NCBI GenBank assembly: GCA_013265495.1
Contig: MU062839.1
Coordinates: forward strand, 8,904,210-8,968,209
Direction of reading: 5' to 3'
Source of the DNA: Vicugna vicugna
Lineage: Eukaryota
DNA length: 64,000 nucleotides
In this document: piece by piece, positions 11,586 to 25,171 of the stretch
How the letters are laid out: each line of letters starts with the position of its first letter
How positions within the stretch are numbered: the stretch's first letter is position 1
Made by a program: the position numbers and the translations under genes
The notes under the pieces: model-generated
Told to the model about the DNA's origin: nothing
What the model saw: the letters and a program-made list of their open reading frames with translations, nothing else
The model's database searches: none

Positions 11586-12324
11586 ATTATGTGACTTTAT
11601 GATATTTCTGTTGTTCTTGTTTGTTTGTTGATGACTGGTTTATCCCCTAGGAGTGTCCAAATGCATACCCTTCCACCCTCAGTTTAATTTTGTTGTTGAA
11701 ATCCTGGTAGTCTCCGGCACTGCTGGCATCAGTAAATGCCCGTCTTCTCTTCTCCATTTCCCATTTCCTTCTCTCCTTGCCCACTGCTGCTGTGTCCTCC
11801 TTTACCATCCTGCTTGCCTTCTCTCCCTGCACAACCAGGACATTGTTTTCCATGAGATCCAGGATTCACAACAAATGTTGGGAAAAGCAAGGAACACTAT
11901 TTCTCCACATCAAGATCACAGCCCCCTCCCTCACCACCCACATGACCATGTGAGCCCCTTCAGAAGGGACCAGTTCTGGGCCTTGTCCCTGCTCAGGGCT
12001 ATCAGGTGCAAGTGAAGAGCTTGGGGCGAAGAGCTTCTTCTGCCTGATCTTCACAGGGAGACCCCTCCCCATTAGCAGGGCAGCCAGGCCTCTGCATGGG
12101 CCCACCTTCTTCCCTCCTGAAGAAGAGGATGGGAGGGAACACGTCCTTGCTCTCCTGCTAAGAGCGGACTTCCTTTCGGTGAGATTGTGATGGATCAGCC
12201 GTGTGGCCCTTTCTGTCTCTTGCAGCCTTCTCCCCCAACTGGGCCACACCCAGCCTGAGGAAAGGGCCAAACTGAAGATATAGGAGAAGTTAGAGAGGAT
12301 TTTAAATGGGGGCACTAGCACTGA

Positions 12325-12500
12325 CTAGCTGCATGACTCTGAGCAGTCTCTATAACTTCTCTGGGTCTCAATTTCCTCACCTGTAAGGTAGGGATAATAA
12401 TGCTGCATATTTTGTAGAGGTGTTTAGAGAATTAAATGAATAATGTGTAGCATGTTTCTTAGTACCGTGCCTAGACACACAGAAGGAACTTAGTTACATG
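12325..12500 (+). mobile_element. MIR SINE
   Basis: ctctgggtctcaatttcctcacctgtaaggtagggataataatg is the MIR core. Confidence 0.75.
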
Positions 12501-12611
12501 AGCTTTCTTCCCTTCTATTCCGTTACATCCCTATTCTATTTTTCACATATTAGTATTTCTGGGATCAGTTTGTTTCTTATAATCAATAATATCGTACAAT
12601 GAGGTACAGTA

Positions 12612-12805
12612 AAAACTACCATTTATTGATAGCCTACTATCTGTAAATTATTTTCCACATATTATCTTATTTAATCATCCCAATAATCTCATGTTGTAGG
12701 TATTAGTCTCTCTTTTGTCAATGAAGAAGCTGAGATTCAGAGTGGCCACATAGCTAGTAAAAGACAGAGCTACAACTGACTCCTAAGCCAATGCTCTTAA
12801 CAGTC
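12612..12805 (-). mobile_element. MIR SINE
   Basis: ccatttattgatagcctactatc...cttatttaatcatcc...aatgaagaagctgagattcagag. Confidence 0.7.
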
Positions 12806-13074
12806 CCCAATCACCATGTCAGCCTCACCGAAGATTGTAAAGTAAGGGAGACTTACCTCACTTCTTTCACTAAAGCTCACCTGTCTCTCCCAGCATTTCC
12901 CCCAATCTGATCGCCCAGGGCTGAGGACATGCCAGACACTCCATCTACTCCCCAGGAAACTCTTTCCTTCCTGCTATCCACCCAGTTCCATTGATCTCAT
13001 GCCCTGCAATCAGCTGAGCTGTCACATATGGTCATTACTAACTTACCTGGTCAAGATTGAAGAAATACAGCAAT

Positions 13075-13325
13075 AAGAACCAATATTTATCTAGCACTCA
13101 TGTATCAAACACTGTTCTAAGCATTTGGCATAAAACTCATTCAACCTCACAACAGCCCTATGAACTGGATGCTAGTAACAGCCCAGTTTTACAGATAAGG
13201 AAGCTGAGGCACAGAGAGGTTAAGTGACTTGTCCATGTTGCATATGACATATAGGGGAGACAGGATTGGACTCCCACCCTCTGGCTTCAGAATCTGCACT
13301 CTGAAACCATTATCCAGACTGTCTC
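13075..13325 (-). mobile_element. MIR SINE (near full length)
   Basis: tttacagataaggaagctgaggcacagagaggttaagtgacttgtcc is a close antisense MIR core match. Confidence 0.85.
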
Positions 13326-13859
13326 TCTATCGCCCCTGAAAAGAGGAGTCCTGGAGAAAGAACACCTCAATCAAATACATTAATCTTCTAAAGATGCAGT
13401 TTTCAGCAATGGGACAGGTTGTAGGGGGTGGGAATGCACTCCGGAGCCATCATCTCATACTTTAAATGGCTCTCTGTAGCAAGGCTCTGCATTCTTTAGA
13501 CACTGACATGTCTGTTCTTTGGGGCAAGGACCATATTTAGGTTATCTTTTTGTATCTCTGGCATCTCACCCAGGCCCCCATCTCAGTCCATGCTGTATTT
13601 CAGGCCCTCACTGCTCTTTCCTAGGCCATGATAACCGTATCTTAATTGTTTGCCTTCCCCTTATGTCTCACTAGTCCCTGCTTGATGTTTTCATAACAGT
13701 TATTAACTTGTGAAGCTAGTCATATCACTCTCTTTAAATTCCTCCTGGCCTATAAAAGTTTCTCCAGTTGTGTTCCTCAGGATACTATGGCTCTGTGAAA
13801 TAATAGCAGGATTTCAGTGGAGAAAAAAATACCATGGATAGTTTTGATGATGAAAATTC

Positions 13860-13932
13860 CATATATATATACATACATATATATATATATACACACACAC
13901 ACAGACATATATATACACACACACACATATAT
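13860..13932. repeat. Compound (TA)n/(CA)n microsatellite
   Basis: Alternating atatat/acacac tracts read directly. Confidence 0.95.
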
Positions 13933-14202
13933 AAAACTACAACATTAAGCATATTTATATAGTTATTATTATGCAGTTATTTAGCTCTGAGAAATGTACA
14001 TGCCCAAGTGTACAAGGAAGGCACATGAAAAATCACACTGCAATTACATTCTAAAGGTTTGATCTAAGCGTGGATACCTAGGCAGCATTTGCATACTCAA
14101 AGCCGTATTGGATATTGTCTATGTGATGCGTGCAGATCTTTTATACAGCATGTCTTGAAATTTCAATGTATATTTGTGATATTATCTAGCAAATATTATA
14201 TG

Positions 14203-14411
14203 TAACATTGTCCAACAGAACTTCCTGTAATGATGGAAATTTTCTATATCTACGCTGCCCAATAAACTAACCACTAGCTCCAGATGGCTCTTGAGCATTT
14301 GAAATGTGGCTAGTGCAACTGAGGAACTGAATTTTTAAATTTATTTGATTTTAATTAATTTAAATTTAAATAGCTCTGGGTGGCTAGTGACTGCCACATT
14401 AGACAGCACAG
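14203..14411. mobile_element. MER3 hAT-Charlie MITE
   Basis: tgtccaacagaacttcctgtaatgatggaaat...gaaatgtggctagtgcaactgaggaactgaattttt...attagacagcacag follows the MER3 consensus end to end. Confidence 0.9.
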
Positions 14412-14952
14412 CTGTATATGAACTATGTGAATCAGCATTTGATCTTTTCTTGCAGTAACTGATTTAGCTGGGTGACCACTGTTTGCCGCCTCCTTTAGTC
14501 CAGGCCGATGTTCTCTTGGCAAACCAGTTTCATCTCACATTTTTTTCTGCTTTGCTTTAGTCATATTGAAATCTTTCTAGTTCTTCATGTATACTCTGTT
14601 CCTTCTTTCCTTATTACCTTTCTCTCTTTCCTCCCTGCCTTTTCCTTCTCCTCCTCCCCCTACTCATCCTTGAGATTCAGCTCAGGTCTCTAAGTTGTCT
14701 GCCGTCATAGAACTTCTATTTTTTTTTTGCTGTGTCTATCCCCAGCTCTTAGCAGAACACCTATTTAGTCCCATTGATAATATCATAATCTAGATATGAA
14801 ATGCATTTCTTTTGTGGCGCTCTTTACAATGTAGGGGTTTTTGTTGAGAAACTTTCTTAGATGAACAGCAATAAAGTATTAGAAATTCTCAGTCCTCTTC
14901 CTCTGCCGTTTCTCCTTAGTGCCTCAGAGCAGAAGGGTTGTGGCATACACAC

Positions 14953-15475
14953 TGTACTAATTATCTATTGGTGTGTGACAAAATACTCTGAAGCTTTGCA
15001 GGTTAAAACAATACACCTTTATGATCTCATTTCCTGTGGGTCAGGAATTTGAGAGCAGCTTAGCTGAGTAGTTCTAGTTCACAGTTCTCACGAGGTTGCA
15101 GTCCGGCTATCACCTGGGGCTGCCGTCATTTGAAGGCTTGGTCAAGGAAGGACCTATTTCCAAGCTCACTTATGTGGTTATTGAGAGGCCTCAGCTTCTC
15201 ATTGACTGTTGAGTTGAGAACTCAGTTCCTTGCCATGGGGGCCTCTCAGTAGGCTGACTATCCTCACAATGTGCAGGCCAACTTTACTTAGAGCAAGTGA
15301 TTCGAGAGAGAGAGAGAGAGAGAGCCCAAGACGGAGACCACAATATTTAGGTCTCAGAAGTGACATGCCATCCCTTTTGCCATATTCCATTGGCTGCTCA
15401 GACCAACCCTGTGAGAAGAGGTGCACACAGGGATGAATGCAAAGAGGTGGGAATCTTGGGGGCTGCCTATTACCC
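14953..15475 (-). mobile_element. MLT1E/F-type MaLR solo LTR
   Basis: ctgtgggtcaggaatttgagagcagcttagctg...gaggttgcagtc...gaaggcttg..., internal (GA)n, agaagtgacatgccatc. Confidence 0.8.
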
Positions 15476-15664
15476 ACCCTAATGGCACTATTGCACTTAT
15501 GGGTCTCTGAACCCCAGGAATAATACTGGAATCAATGAGTTAGAATGCTCCCTAATGTTTCTTCAAGGGTCAGGCCCTTGGTAACTAACTCTGTCACAAG
15601 ACTGAGTGTGGACACCAATGAGAAAACTCACAGGCAGAGGCAGAGCTTGGCTCAGAACCTCCAT

Positions 15665-15855
15665 CTTAACTTCAGGCCCCCCTCTTTGTCACCAGATGAC
15701 TCTGCCTGGGCCTTTAACTCTTCCCTGGCTTCCCCTTGGCCAAGTCAACCCTCTGGCTTCCTCATCTATAAAGTGGGTGTGCTAATACTTCCCTAGTTAC
15801 CCAACAGAGCCAGTGTGGACCCAAGGAGAGAATTTAGTATAAGTGCCTTGTAACC
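15665..15855 (+). mobile_element. MIR SINE (degenerate)
   Basis: ccaagtcaaccctctggcttcctcatctataaagtggg. Confidence 0.55.
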
Positions 15856-16479
15856 CGCCCAGCATTTGACATGTGTGGTGAAACCTTGGTGGGCCTAATG
15901 CACTAGCTCTGAAGGCCACCCCTCGGCCCTCCCCCTTGTCACACCTGCCTTCCCACCATCATGGTGCTCTCTACGGGGCCACACATTGCTTCTACTTTAA
16001 CAAGTCCGAGGGCCAGCTGTTTTCTTTTGGTATCTTTTTATTGCAGCTAAAATTCCAAGGGCTGCAGGGAGAAAGCTGCTGAAAACACAGCAGGCCCCGG
16101 GCCTCACTTCAAAGCAGCTTTCATCATTCTTCACACGCTGTTTTCAGGACCCGCGTCTGTTCTCTCCCGGGAACCAGATTCTTCTGGAGATTTTCCTCAG
16201 TGATACCACTATTTACAGAACTCTGGCCCTGGACATCATGTTTATATCTGATTTGTACATGTCCACATGGCCCATAAAGTTTATAAGGAGGTTAGAGAGC
16301 TTTTCCTTGTTCATAAATCTTCCTTTGCAGACTCCCTCTATGAGAGGGGAAGGAGGCAGAAACAAGAGAGGATGGGGGCATAGGATTGGAGAGAGAGAAG
16401 GGTCAGAAGCACGAGGTCTCCTTCCTTGAGTTTCTTCCCATCATTTCCCTCCTTCCTGAGAGGGTCTGTGAGAGGGTCT

Positions 16480-16630
16480 GAAAGCTGATTGCTGTGGGCA
16501 GGTAAAGTAAATCTCCCTTTCATCATCTGTGAAATGGAGAGAATAAGAAAGCCTATTCACGAGGCTGTTCTGAGAATTAAACAATGTAAGGAACATAAAG
16601 CAGTTAGTGTGGGCCCTAGAAAATAGCAAA
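16480..16630 (+). mobile_element. MIR SINE (degenerate)
   Basis: ttcatcatctgtgaaatggagag...gaggctgttctgagaattaaac. Confidence 0.65.
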
Positions 16631-17309
16631 AATGCAGTGCATTTTAACTGGAAAAAAGTGACAGGGTCTTCTGTGCTATCCATCTGCCCTGCCTCTTGTT
16701 TCCCAGGCATCCCAAACTGATCACCTAGCTGACTCTTGAGTTGTTCTTACTCTGGAAACCTGGCTGCTCAGAACTTCTCCCTGCAATGGGCCATCTGACA
16801 CCCCCAAGCCCCCAGTAAGCATTAGCATAAAAATAACTCTTTTCAGACATATTTTTAGCATTTTTGAAGCTGAGATTTGTCCCATTTCAAAGTCAATATA
16901 TTATTGGTTGCAACTCTATAGATGGCTATGTCAACATCTCTGATTTTTAGGAGGAAGCATTTCAGAAAAGATTTCATACATTTTCTCCCCCCTCCACTCC
17001 CACCCTGCTGGGAAGAAAATGTCTGCAGGCCAGTCTAGGTACTCTGGAAGAATGATAGATCAATAATAATTCACCACTGGTCACACAAATTCTCTCAGTG
17101 GTTTCAGCCAATTGGGGTTCAGGAAAGTCATTACAGGATGTGTCCACCCAGGCAAGGCAAAGGAGAAAAGATTGTGAAATTAGTTTTTGACTTGCCTCCG
17201 ACTATCAAAATAGGTAAGCTGGCGTAAAGGAAATTTGCTTCCTGAACTATGCACAATTGTGTTGAAGATGTTCATATCTCTGATATCCAAGTGCCACCCC
17301 CAAAGCCCC

Positions 17310-17860
17310 ATATTGCCATTGTCCTCCATGATGCAGCAAAAGTGATCTTTTAAAAATGGAAATCTGAGGAGCCAACCCTGTTTAGAAACCCTCAAGGACC
17401 TCTCACTGCTCCTAGGTTAAGAACAGAACAGCTGACTGTGGTCTTCCTGACCTAGCCTGCTGGGACCATGCCCCTCTCCCCACAGCTCATCGGAGTTCCT
17501 CCCCACTTCCAAGCTTCACATGCTCTTTCCTCTGTCTCCAAGACCTCCTTCCTCCCTTTGTCTAGTTAACTCCTGCTCATCCTTCAAGTCTTATCTCAAA
17601 GCCCACTGATTCTGAGAAGCCTCCCTGAGACTCCCACAGCCCACTCCGTCCATGTAGGGATTTTTCCATGCCATATTAAACATGTGACCCTTTCCACACC
17701 ACTACTATGTGATCCATTGTGTGTTTATTTGTATGATGTTTGCCTCTCATGCCAGCATGTGCATTTGCTGAGAATAAGGGCTTTGTCTGTCTTTTCTGTC
17801 CTCTCAGTTCCTTGAACAGTGCTTAGAACCAGCCAGGTGCTTAACAAGCACTTGTTCCAT
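17310..17860 (+). mobile_element. L2 LINE 3' fragment
   Basis: agtgatcttttaaaaatggaaatctg...taactcctgctcatccttcaagtc...aacagtgcttagaaccagccaggtgcttaac. Confidence 0.75.
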
Positions 17861-20800
17861 TAATGCCCAAATCCCAGAGTCAGTAGATATCTGCCTATTT
17901 CTCCATCTTGCAAGGCCTTGATGAAGAGAATGTGGTCTGCATCAGGATTCTTTCTGATGGATCCAGAAAGTCCCTAGATGGCCTAGAGTAATTGAAGCAG
18001 AACATTTTTGCAGTTGAAAAGGAGTTGGATTTTATTAGTCCAACCCTTCATTTTATAGGTGAGGAAACTAATAAGCAACAAGGTTAAGGTCACTCAAGAA
18101 TTTAACTACGGAGTTGAGGCTTGGATACAGTCTTCCAAATCCCTATCATGTACACTTCTCATTAAGCTAGTAGATTCCCCACATGCCAAATAAATGCATA
18201 GTTCAGGCAGAACTGTAATGGTGAATGGTTCATGCTGCCCACTTCCCCCTCCTCCACCACATGGCCAGCTCCTGTTCCTCCCTGAGAAGACACAAGCCTT
18301 CATTACATTATCACTCTCTCCTGTTCTGATACCACTGAGGGCCCTTCCTTTGAACTCTGCGTTGGCATGGCAACTGCTACTTCACGAACATCAACATCAC
18401 TGCCCACAATTGCCTATGCTGAGGTGGATGGTTGCCAAGCAAATCATAGGCAATTTTTTTTTGCGTCAAGAGGGCCGAAAGCCTCAGATCAAGTTCAAAT
18501 AATTTGGAGGATGTGTGTGTCAGGGACACTTAGAATCAGTTCTGATGGGAAGGCAGATAAAAGCTTGATTTAAGGCAAGGGTAGGGGAGGCACAGGACAG
18601 CTCAGCCTCAGAGCTTGGAGAGCTCTTCCAGAAGCTCTTTGATGTGAAGGAGACTTTGGAAGTTGCGTAATTCTTGCACGCGATCCAGACACAAAGGCTG
18701 CTGAAACAATGCAGAGGGGCCAAATAAGCCGGGAGAGCTTGTTTTGTCCTTTCTTTTCTACCCTGTTCCATCTCCCCTTCATCTTTTCCAAGATGTAGGT
18801 TTTATCCCAAGGAGAGAGACATTAGTGCCACAGGAGTACATTTACAAGGCTGTTGGAGTTGGAATGTAATAGGACCTGTGAGGGGTTCTGTATATGAAGA
18901 CATGTGGTCAACACGGTTATAAGGACTAGTCTGCGGGTAGCCTAAGGCGACTTGTGATTGCTTGGGACAGAGATCTCCCATCTCACCAGAGAAAAACAAA
19001 CGCCTTACAAATTGGTCACATCCCATTTAGCTCATATTAATTTACATCACCGACCCCCAGGGCTAACAGGCAGTATTTTTCTTCCTTTTGTTTCTTCTCC
19101 CCATCCCCCAGGTGACTTCCTCTTTTCTTTTCTCTTTCATCCAATAGTGTTAGCCTGACTGTTTCTAGTGCGCTCAAATTTTATTTTCCTGTTTAACTGC
19201 TGTGCTTGCCAGCCCCCAGATCTTTCGTGTTGTAAAACCCGTGCTACACATACCTTCACACAGCCTGCTTTCCATCAGCTTTGCCTAAATCAAGTTGCTG
19301 GATCAGTCCCGTGTGTTAGCAAGATAATAACGTTCCTTAGCAGGACAAAATGGTGCAGAGAGTGTGTTGCCTTTTCTGCTTCAAAGGCTTGAGAGATTCC
19401 TTTAACCACAAAAATGAGAAGAGAGCGTAATGGATATACAAGAGTCCCATGATGGCAATCTCGCTGCTGGAAATGTTCATGAATTACCTGTAATTTACCT
19501 CAAAATGTACCATATGTTGGACTGCAAGATGCACTTTTCCTTTTTTCACTTAAATGGACTGCTATTCAGAACACTTTTTTCCCCCTTGACATGGGAATAG
19601 ATGTTGGGAATAGGTTGGGAGAAGTGCCCCACAAAAGTTTCACAAATTAAAGTAGGCACATGTTATCATGTGAATGCTTTGTACAAGGGAAAGAAAATGG
19701 AATTAGGTGCATTTCCCCCCTTAATACACCGTCAGCCCCACAGGGCCAGGATGAGAAGATTAAAGACATTTTGGAGGGGAGAAGGCAATGAACCACCAAT
19801 TCACCATTTCCCTTCATGCGTTTCATGCAAAGGGACAGAAATGACAGGCCCCTCCATGGCTTGATTTATGTAGTCAGGAGACTTGAAGGGTCGCTCTGCC
19901 AAGACAGAGGGAGGCCTCGCTTTCTAATCACCTAGGATGCCCCTTGCTTTTTGCAGAGTCCTGGACAGATCTGCCACATGCTCTCTCTTCCATGTTTACA
20001 GTGATAGCTGATTACTATATATTTCTATAAGTGTCAGAACTTCCACTTCTTCAAATCTTTTGAACACCATCAGAATCTCAGTTTCTTAATCCCCCTGAAG
20101 CTAAACAGATGTAGAGGGGGAAGAGCCAACAATGGCAAACCTTATTTTCCACCCAGAGCCACAGCCTTGTCACTAGCCCTGCCACATCTGTGTTTTTGAA
20201 GGGAAATGTCATAATATTGCTAATCAATAGGAAGAGTGACAGGCCCATTTGTCAAGAACAAGCCAGCACTGCAGCTGTTGTCCTCCTCTGCATCTTTCTC
20301 TTGGGCTTTGCAAAGGGAAGCCCAGGGAAGGGCCTGCTGTGTGTCTGGCACAGCCCCCTCCTATGTGGGGACAATAGGATCCACTGGGGGGGGAAATAGT
20401 GCATCATCTTGCGGATGTGCTGCACAAGGTGGGTCGAATACAATGGCAAAGGCTGGGGAAGAAAAGGTGGAGTTTCTAACTGGCATGTAAAAGCAACCAG
20501 ACACCCTGCAAAGGGAGAGGATCTTCTGTATCAGGAAGTCTATTGACCCTTCGTCTAGGGAGTGCAGCTGTTTATGTGTTTCTTTTGAGCTGCAGATGTT
20601 TCTTGCTGGTCTGCTGATCAGAGGAACAAGCAGGTCATCTCAAAGGAGAGAGATGGGGGAGGTGAGGTTTGGACTCAAACTTAATAAGGATTTTCATCTT
20701 CAGTCTGGAGGAAAATGTAACCAGAGGGTGGAAAATGGTGGCAGGGCAGGCTGCAATCTCTGCCCCCCCACCCCCACAAGCTCCCCTGAGCTGATAGAAG

Positions 20801-21434
20801 CACGGATGGGCAGGGCTCACCACAACAATCAGATCGGTCATGCATGGGGCCTGGGTGTGTGCGGAGGTGACAGGACTGAAATGCCCTTTTCCACCCCACC
20901 AAAATAATTTTTAAATTAGGAAATTAATCTTAATCGACTCTTGTATCTCCAGCTTAGGTGACCCAGATGATTGTTATGGCTTTTCACGCGTGGGAGTTCC
21001 CCAAGACCAGTAATTTCTTTTGATTGGTGCAAGGGAACAAATGCTGTTATTAACAAGGGACCCCTTAAAGAAACATTGGTAACTTTTCTTCTCAATTTGC
21101 ACTTCTCATCTGTGCTTCTTCCTGCCCTTAAGGAGAGAAGATGCTCTAGAAAATGCCTTTTTTTTTCCTCAAAGTATTCTGTTTTTGGCATTGGAAAACA
21201 AATAATATCCAATTTAAAGACAAAGGTGATGTTGATAGTGTATTATTAGGTATATATCTTTCAGAAAAATGTGAAAGCAAAAATACATCAGGAAGGAATA
21301 TCTTGGCAATTAATAGTACAACTTTCCAGTCGGTGAATGACTATCCGTATGTTTGCAGGATCCCAAATGCAAATGCCACTGGAAAATTTTGTTTGATCAA
21401 AGGAAGGCAGTGAGTTTTAAATACTACAACATAT

Positions 21435-21824
21435 TGTTATAGACGAAGTTGTGTCCCGCCTCAAATTCACATGTTGAAGGCTTAACCTCCAACGTGACTG
21501 TATCTGGAGATAGTATCTTTAGAAAGTAAGTAAGATTTAGAAGGTAATTTAAGATGGTATAAGGATGTGGTGGGGGGGCCCTAATCTGATAGGACTTTGG
21601 CCTTATAAGGAGAGGATGACAGAGAGATCTTTCTCTCTGCCCTGCAAGGATATAGCAGGAAGGCAGCATCTACAATGTAAGCTGAGAGCTCTCACCAGAA
21701 GCTGAATTAGCTGGCACCTTGATCCAGACTTCTAGCCTCCAGAACTGTGAGAAATAAATTTCTATTCTTTAATTCACCCAGTCTATGGTGTATTATTATG
21801 TCAGCCCGAACTGATTAATTAACA
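21435..21824 (+). mobile_element. MLT1A0-type MaLR solo LTR
   Basis: TG...CA ends; aaattcacatgttgaagg...gacttctagcctccagaactgtgagaaataaatttct; degenerate 5-bp TSD catat/cattt. Confidence 0.9.
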
Positions 21825-22504
21825 CATTTTTCTCCAAAGTACAGCACCATGATAATAACATTCCAGACACGGGAAGTTTGTAATTCCCCTGGAGGCCTAA
21901 GTAGAGGGTAATAAGATTGATTTTTAAAAACATATTAAAATATCCAAGCAAATGAACACAGTTTTTTTTTATGGTAGTTTACTTGGAAAACCAGTGTAGC
22001 CCCAGTGATAACAGCTTTGTTAGAAAAACTTTTGGAGAGTCTATTTTAGAATTCAGAGTCAGCAGCATTTTTGTGACAATCTTCATTAGTGACATGTTCT
22101 TTTTTATGTTTATCAGTCATTCAGAGCAAGCCTGAGGATCAAGCTGGTAACAGAAGTAGGTTACCACTGTCTGGGTCAAAAACAAGTTGTGTATGTGCAG
22201 TGATAAGGCTTATGGGACTTACAACTATCTCAGAAGATTATTCTGAAAGTGTAGCCCAGGCCACAATTGGCCAGGGGGGCATCAGAGAGCAGGAGGCTGG
22301 CCTTCTAGGGGAAGGGACTCAGGCTTGTGGGTACCTTATTCTGGTACCTCAGCTTTTAAGTTTACTTTATTTGATCCTTATAACATCTTTGGAGGCAGCT
22401 ATTTTCATCCATGGAAAAGCAACCCTCATTTTATTGAATAAGTTCTGGTAAATTTGTTCAAACACAACACAACAAAACAAAAATCTTATTGATACTGATA
22501 TAAG

Positions 22505-22730
22505 GAAAAAGCATAGGTTCTGGAGCAGACATAAGTGAATGTGAGTCTCAGATCTGCCACTTACAGGCTGCGTGACCTGGGTTCAGTCACATAAGCTCTC
22601 TGTGGCTCAGTTTCCTCATCTGTAGAATGGGTTGTGGTGGAGTACTAAATTAAATGAGATGAGATAATATACATAAACCACCCAGAGCAATGTTGATGTA
22701 TAGTGGGCATTCTGTTTATTTTAGTTTCCC
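22505..22730 (+). mobile_element. MIR SINE
   Basis: ctgccacttacaggctgcgtgacctggg...ctcagtttcctcatctgtagaatggg. Confidence 0.85.
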
Positions 22731-23804
22731 TTCTCACTTGCTTTCATATCTGGGGATAAAAGCTGATGCCCGGAGGTAAGGATAAAACAGTTAATAATCA
22801 TAATGTCAGCTTGGCAATGACCTAGAGGTAGAATGGAAGGAAGGTGTTTTTACACTAACTGAGGTATAAAAGGACCCTGCAGTTTGTAAAAATGATGCTG
22901 AATGACTTTCCTTTCCTCATGTGACAGTTCTGTTTTAGTTAAAACTGTCACTTGGAAGCTTTTCCTTTTATCCTCTCACCTTTCTTCCTCCTTGCCTTGC
23001 TTTCTGTTGGAGATGACAGTATCAAGGTGGCCTTGCTTTAGATCTTTGTGCCCTGGAGGACAGTGTTCAGGACAAAGATTTCCTTCCTACTATGTCAGAG
23101 TTGACCACATTATTGTTCAAAAACGTGTCCAAGATTATGAGGGGGAAGGTGGTAGGAAATAAAGATTGTTGATCAAGGCAGAATGAACGCCAAGGGACAG
23201 TCCACTTTTTCTTTTGGCGCTTGTTTCCTTCTTTTGGTTTTTGTCTTCACACAAGGAAAACATCCTGAACCTTATTTTCTTCTGGAGTAACAAAAATAGT
23301 AGATTAGTTTAACACAATTGAGCACAACTTCTGAGTTGTCCTTTTGTGTGTCTGGGCTCCTCTGGTATATAGAGCTTCTAGGAATTGATTGCTGAGGACA
23401 CAATGGCATATGGACAGAAGGACTACGTACATGCTGACAACAGGCATTTTCTCGGACTTGAAGGAACATTCCCAGGGTGGTCTGTGCAGTTCATTCTCTC
23501 ACCTGATAGAATTCTTATGCACAAACAAACTCTACCAGCGTGTCAATGCACTCACTGAGGAAAGACTTAAGAATTTTCTGTGATGTGAAATCTTTCAGAT
23601 TGACAAATGAACTAAAGTTGCCAACTTTTTCATTTACATCACTTTCATCAAACAACTGGCAAATATCGTATTGTCAAGCACCAGGTCATCCAATGTGGAT
23701 AAGATGTGGCTTAGGGACAGGAAGGTGGATGATCTAATGTTCCATGTGCTCTCTAATGTAATGAGGGAGAAATCTTTTGGGTTTGAAGTTATATAGAATG
23801 CAAT

Positions 23805-23935
23805 GATACACTGGGCAAATGCAAATAACGTGAAAACTTTGGAGTCAGGCAAACCTTGATTTAAATCTCAGCATGACTGTAAGACAAGTCATTAACCTCG
23901 GCCTCAGTTTCCTGTCTGTAAAATGAGAAAAATAC
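23805..23935 (+). mobile_element. MIR SINE
   Basis: ctttggagtcaggcaaacc...cctcagtttcctgtctgtaaaatgag. Confidence 0.75.
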
Positions 23936-24799
23936 TGCCTGCCTATAAATGAGAACCCAGGCTGTCTCTGTTAGGAAGCTGGGCTACATGTACTACTATT
24001 TTGTAATAATCATCTGTTTCCCCTTAGGGGGACCAATGAAATTGGGAAATTGATGAGGCTGTATTAAAACAGGGGATGCCAGTTTGCAGAGTCTGAAAGA
24101 GAACCTGTGGTATTTATAGAGTCTACTGTGACAAAATTCTTTAGAAAGCTAAGTTAAAAGGAAGTAGGTTTAAACCTGCAGAACTAACAGTTTATAAGAT
24201 TTTACAAGGTGCTGCTATTATTTGGAAACATGCAGTTTGCTTAAGGAGCCGACAGAAAGGGATCTGTGCTTGTTTTATTCTTAAGTGGAAAAATTCCCTA
24301 AACTGTCTTTACTAGCTGACTTGTAAAGAATTAAGTTGAACTGGAGAAAATGGGCTGGGAAGTGAGAGAAATGTGGGTTTAGCCACAGAGTATGCTCTGG
24401 TCCTCCTCATTAGGGAGACCAGTGTTTGGTAGTATTAAACTGATTGCTGGAGCTCCCTATTATTATATCCACATTTGCTGCACCCCAAGGAGAATAAAAC
24501 AGTGACCCTGAGGTCACCTAGAGGGTTAGAGAGCTTGTTAAAACAAAACATCTATTTTCCTTCAGCCCCTGTTTGTTCTTGGGCTGAGTGACCTCCCAAC
24601 TGTTGGATCCTACAGCTGTTCAGATGGCCCTGCCCACAGCTGTGGGCAGATGCCCACCACCCAGACATCCGACAGCTCAGCTGGATACCATGCTTCCCAC
24701 TGGCTATGTAAGTCTAGGAATGGTCTGGCAAAGAGGTGAAAAATAAACCCTCAGATCTGATTTCACCCAAGTCTGCTTATGTGCTTTTCCATCTATTAA

Positions 24800-24987
24800 A
24801 AGATTGTGCCAACAATGTCCAATCTACATATTCGTATCACCTGGAGATCTTTTTAAAGTCCCAGTGCCAGGTCACAATATGTATCATGTAAGTCAGATAT
24901 TTGGTGGCGGGTGGTTGGAGCCAGGCATCAGTATTTTTTTAAAGAGCTCTGGGTGATTCCAATGGGTAGCAAAGTTTGGGAACCATT
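24800..24987. mobile_element. MER5-type MITE (degenerate)
   Basis: tatcacctggagatctttttaaag...ccaggcatcagtattttttt...gggtgattccaat...aagtttgggaaccatt. Confidence 0.65.
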
Positions 24988-25105
24988 AGATTGGGCTTTA
25001 AAAACAAGATGTTACCTCAAGACCTATGAATGTATTTAAAGCATCTGATTCATGGCAGATGCTTAATAAATGATAGCTCTTTTTTTTCGACTAGTAAGAA
25101 AGTTT

Positions 25106-25171
25106 GATGATGATGATGATGATGATGGTGATGGTGATGGTGATGGTGATGGTGATGGTGATGGTGATGGT
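25106..25171. repeat. Compound microsatellite (GAT)7(GGTGAT)7GGT
   Basis: Counted directly; explains the poly-His and Asp-Gly ORFs in the track. Confidence 0.95.

Noticed and set aside
11866-12321. Longest ORF in the track (151 aa)
   Set aside because: No recognisable protein similarity, overlaps another chance ORF on the opposite strand, and has no convincing splice or start context
12906-12925. Short resemblance to 7SK (gatcgcccagggctga)
   Set aside because: Only about 15 nt with mismatches; flanks do not continue the 7SK sequence
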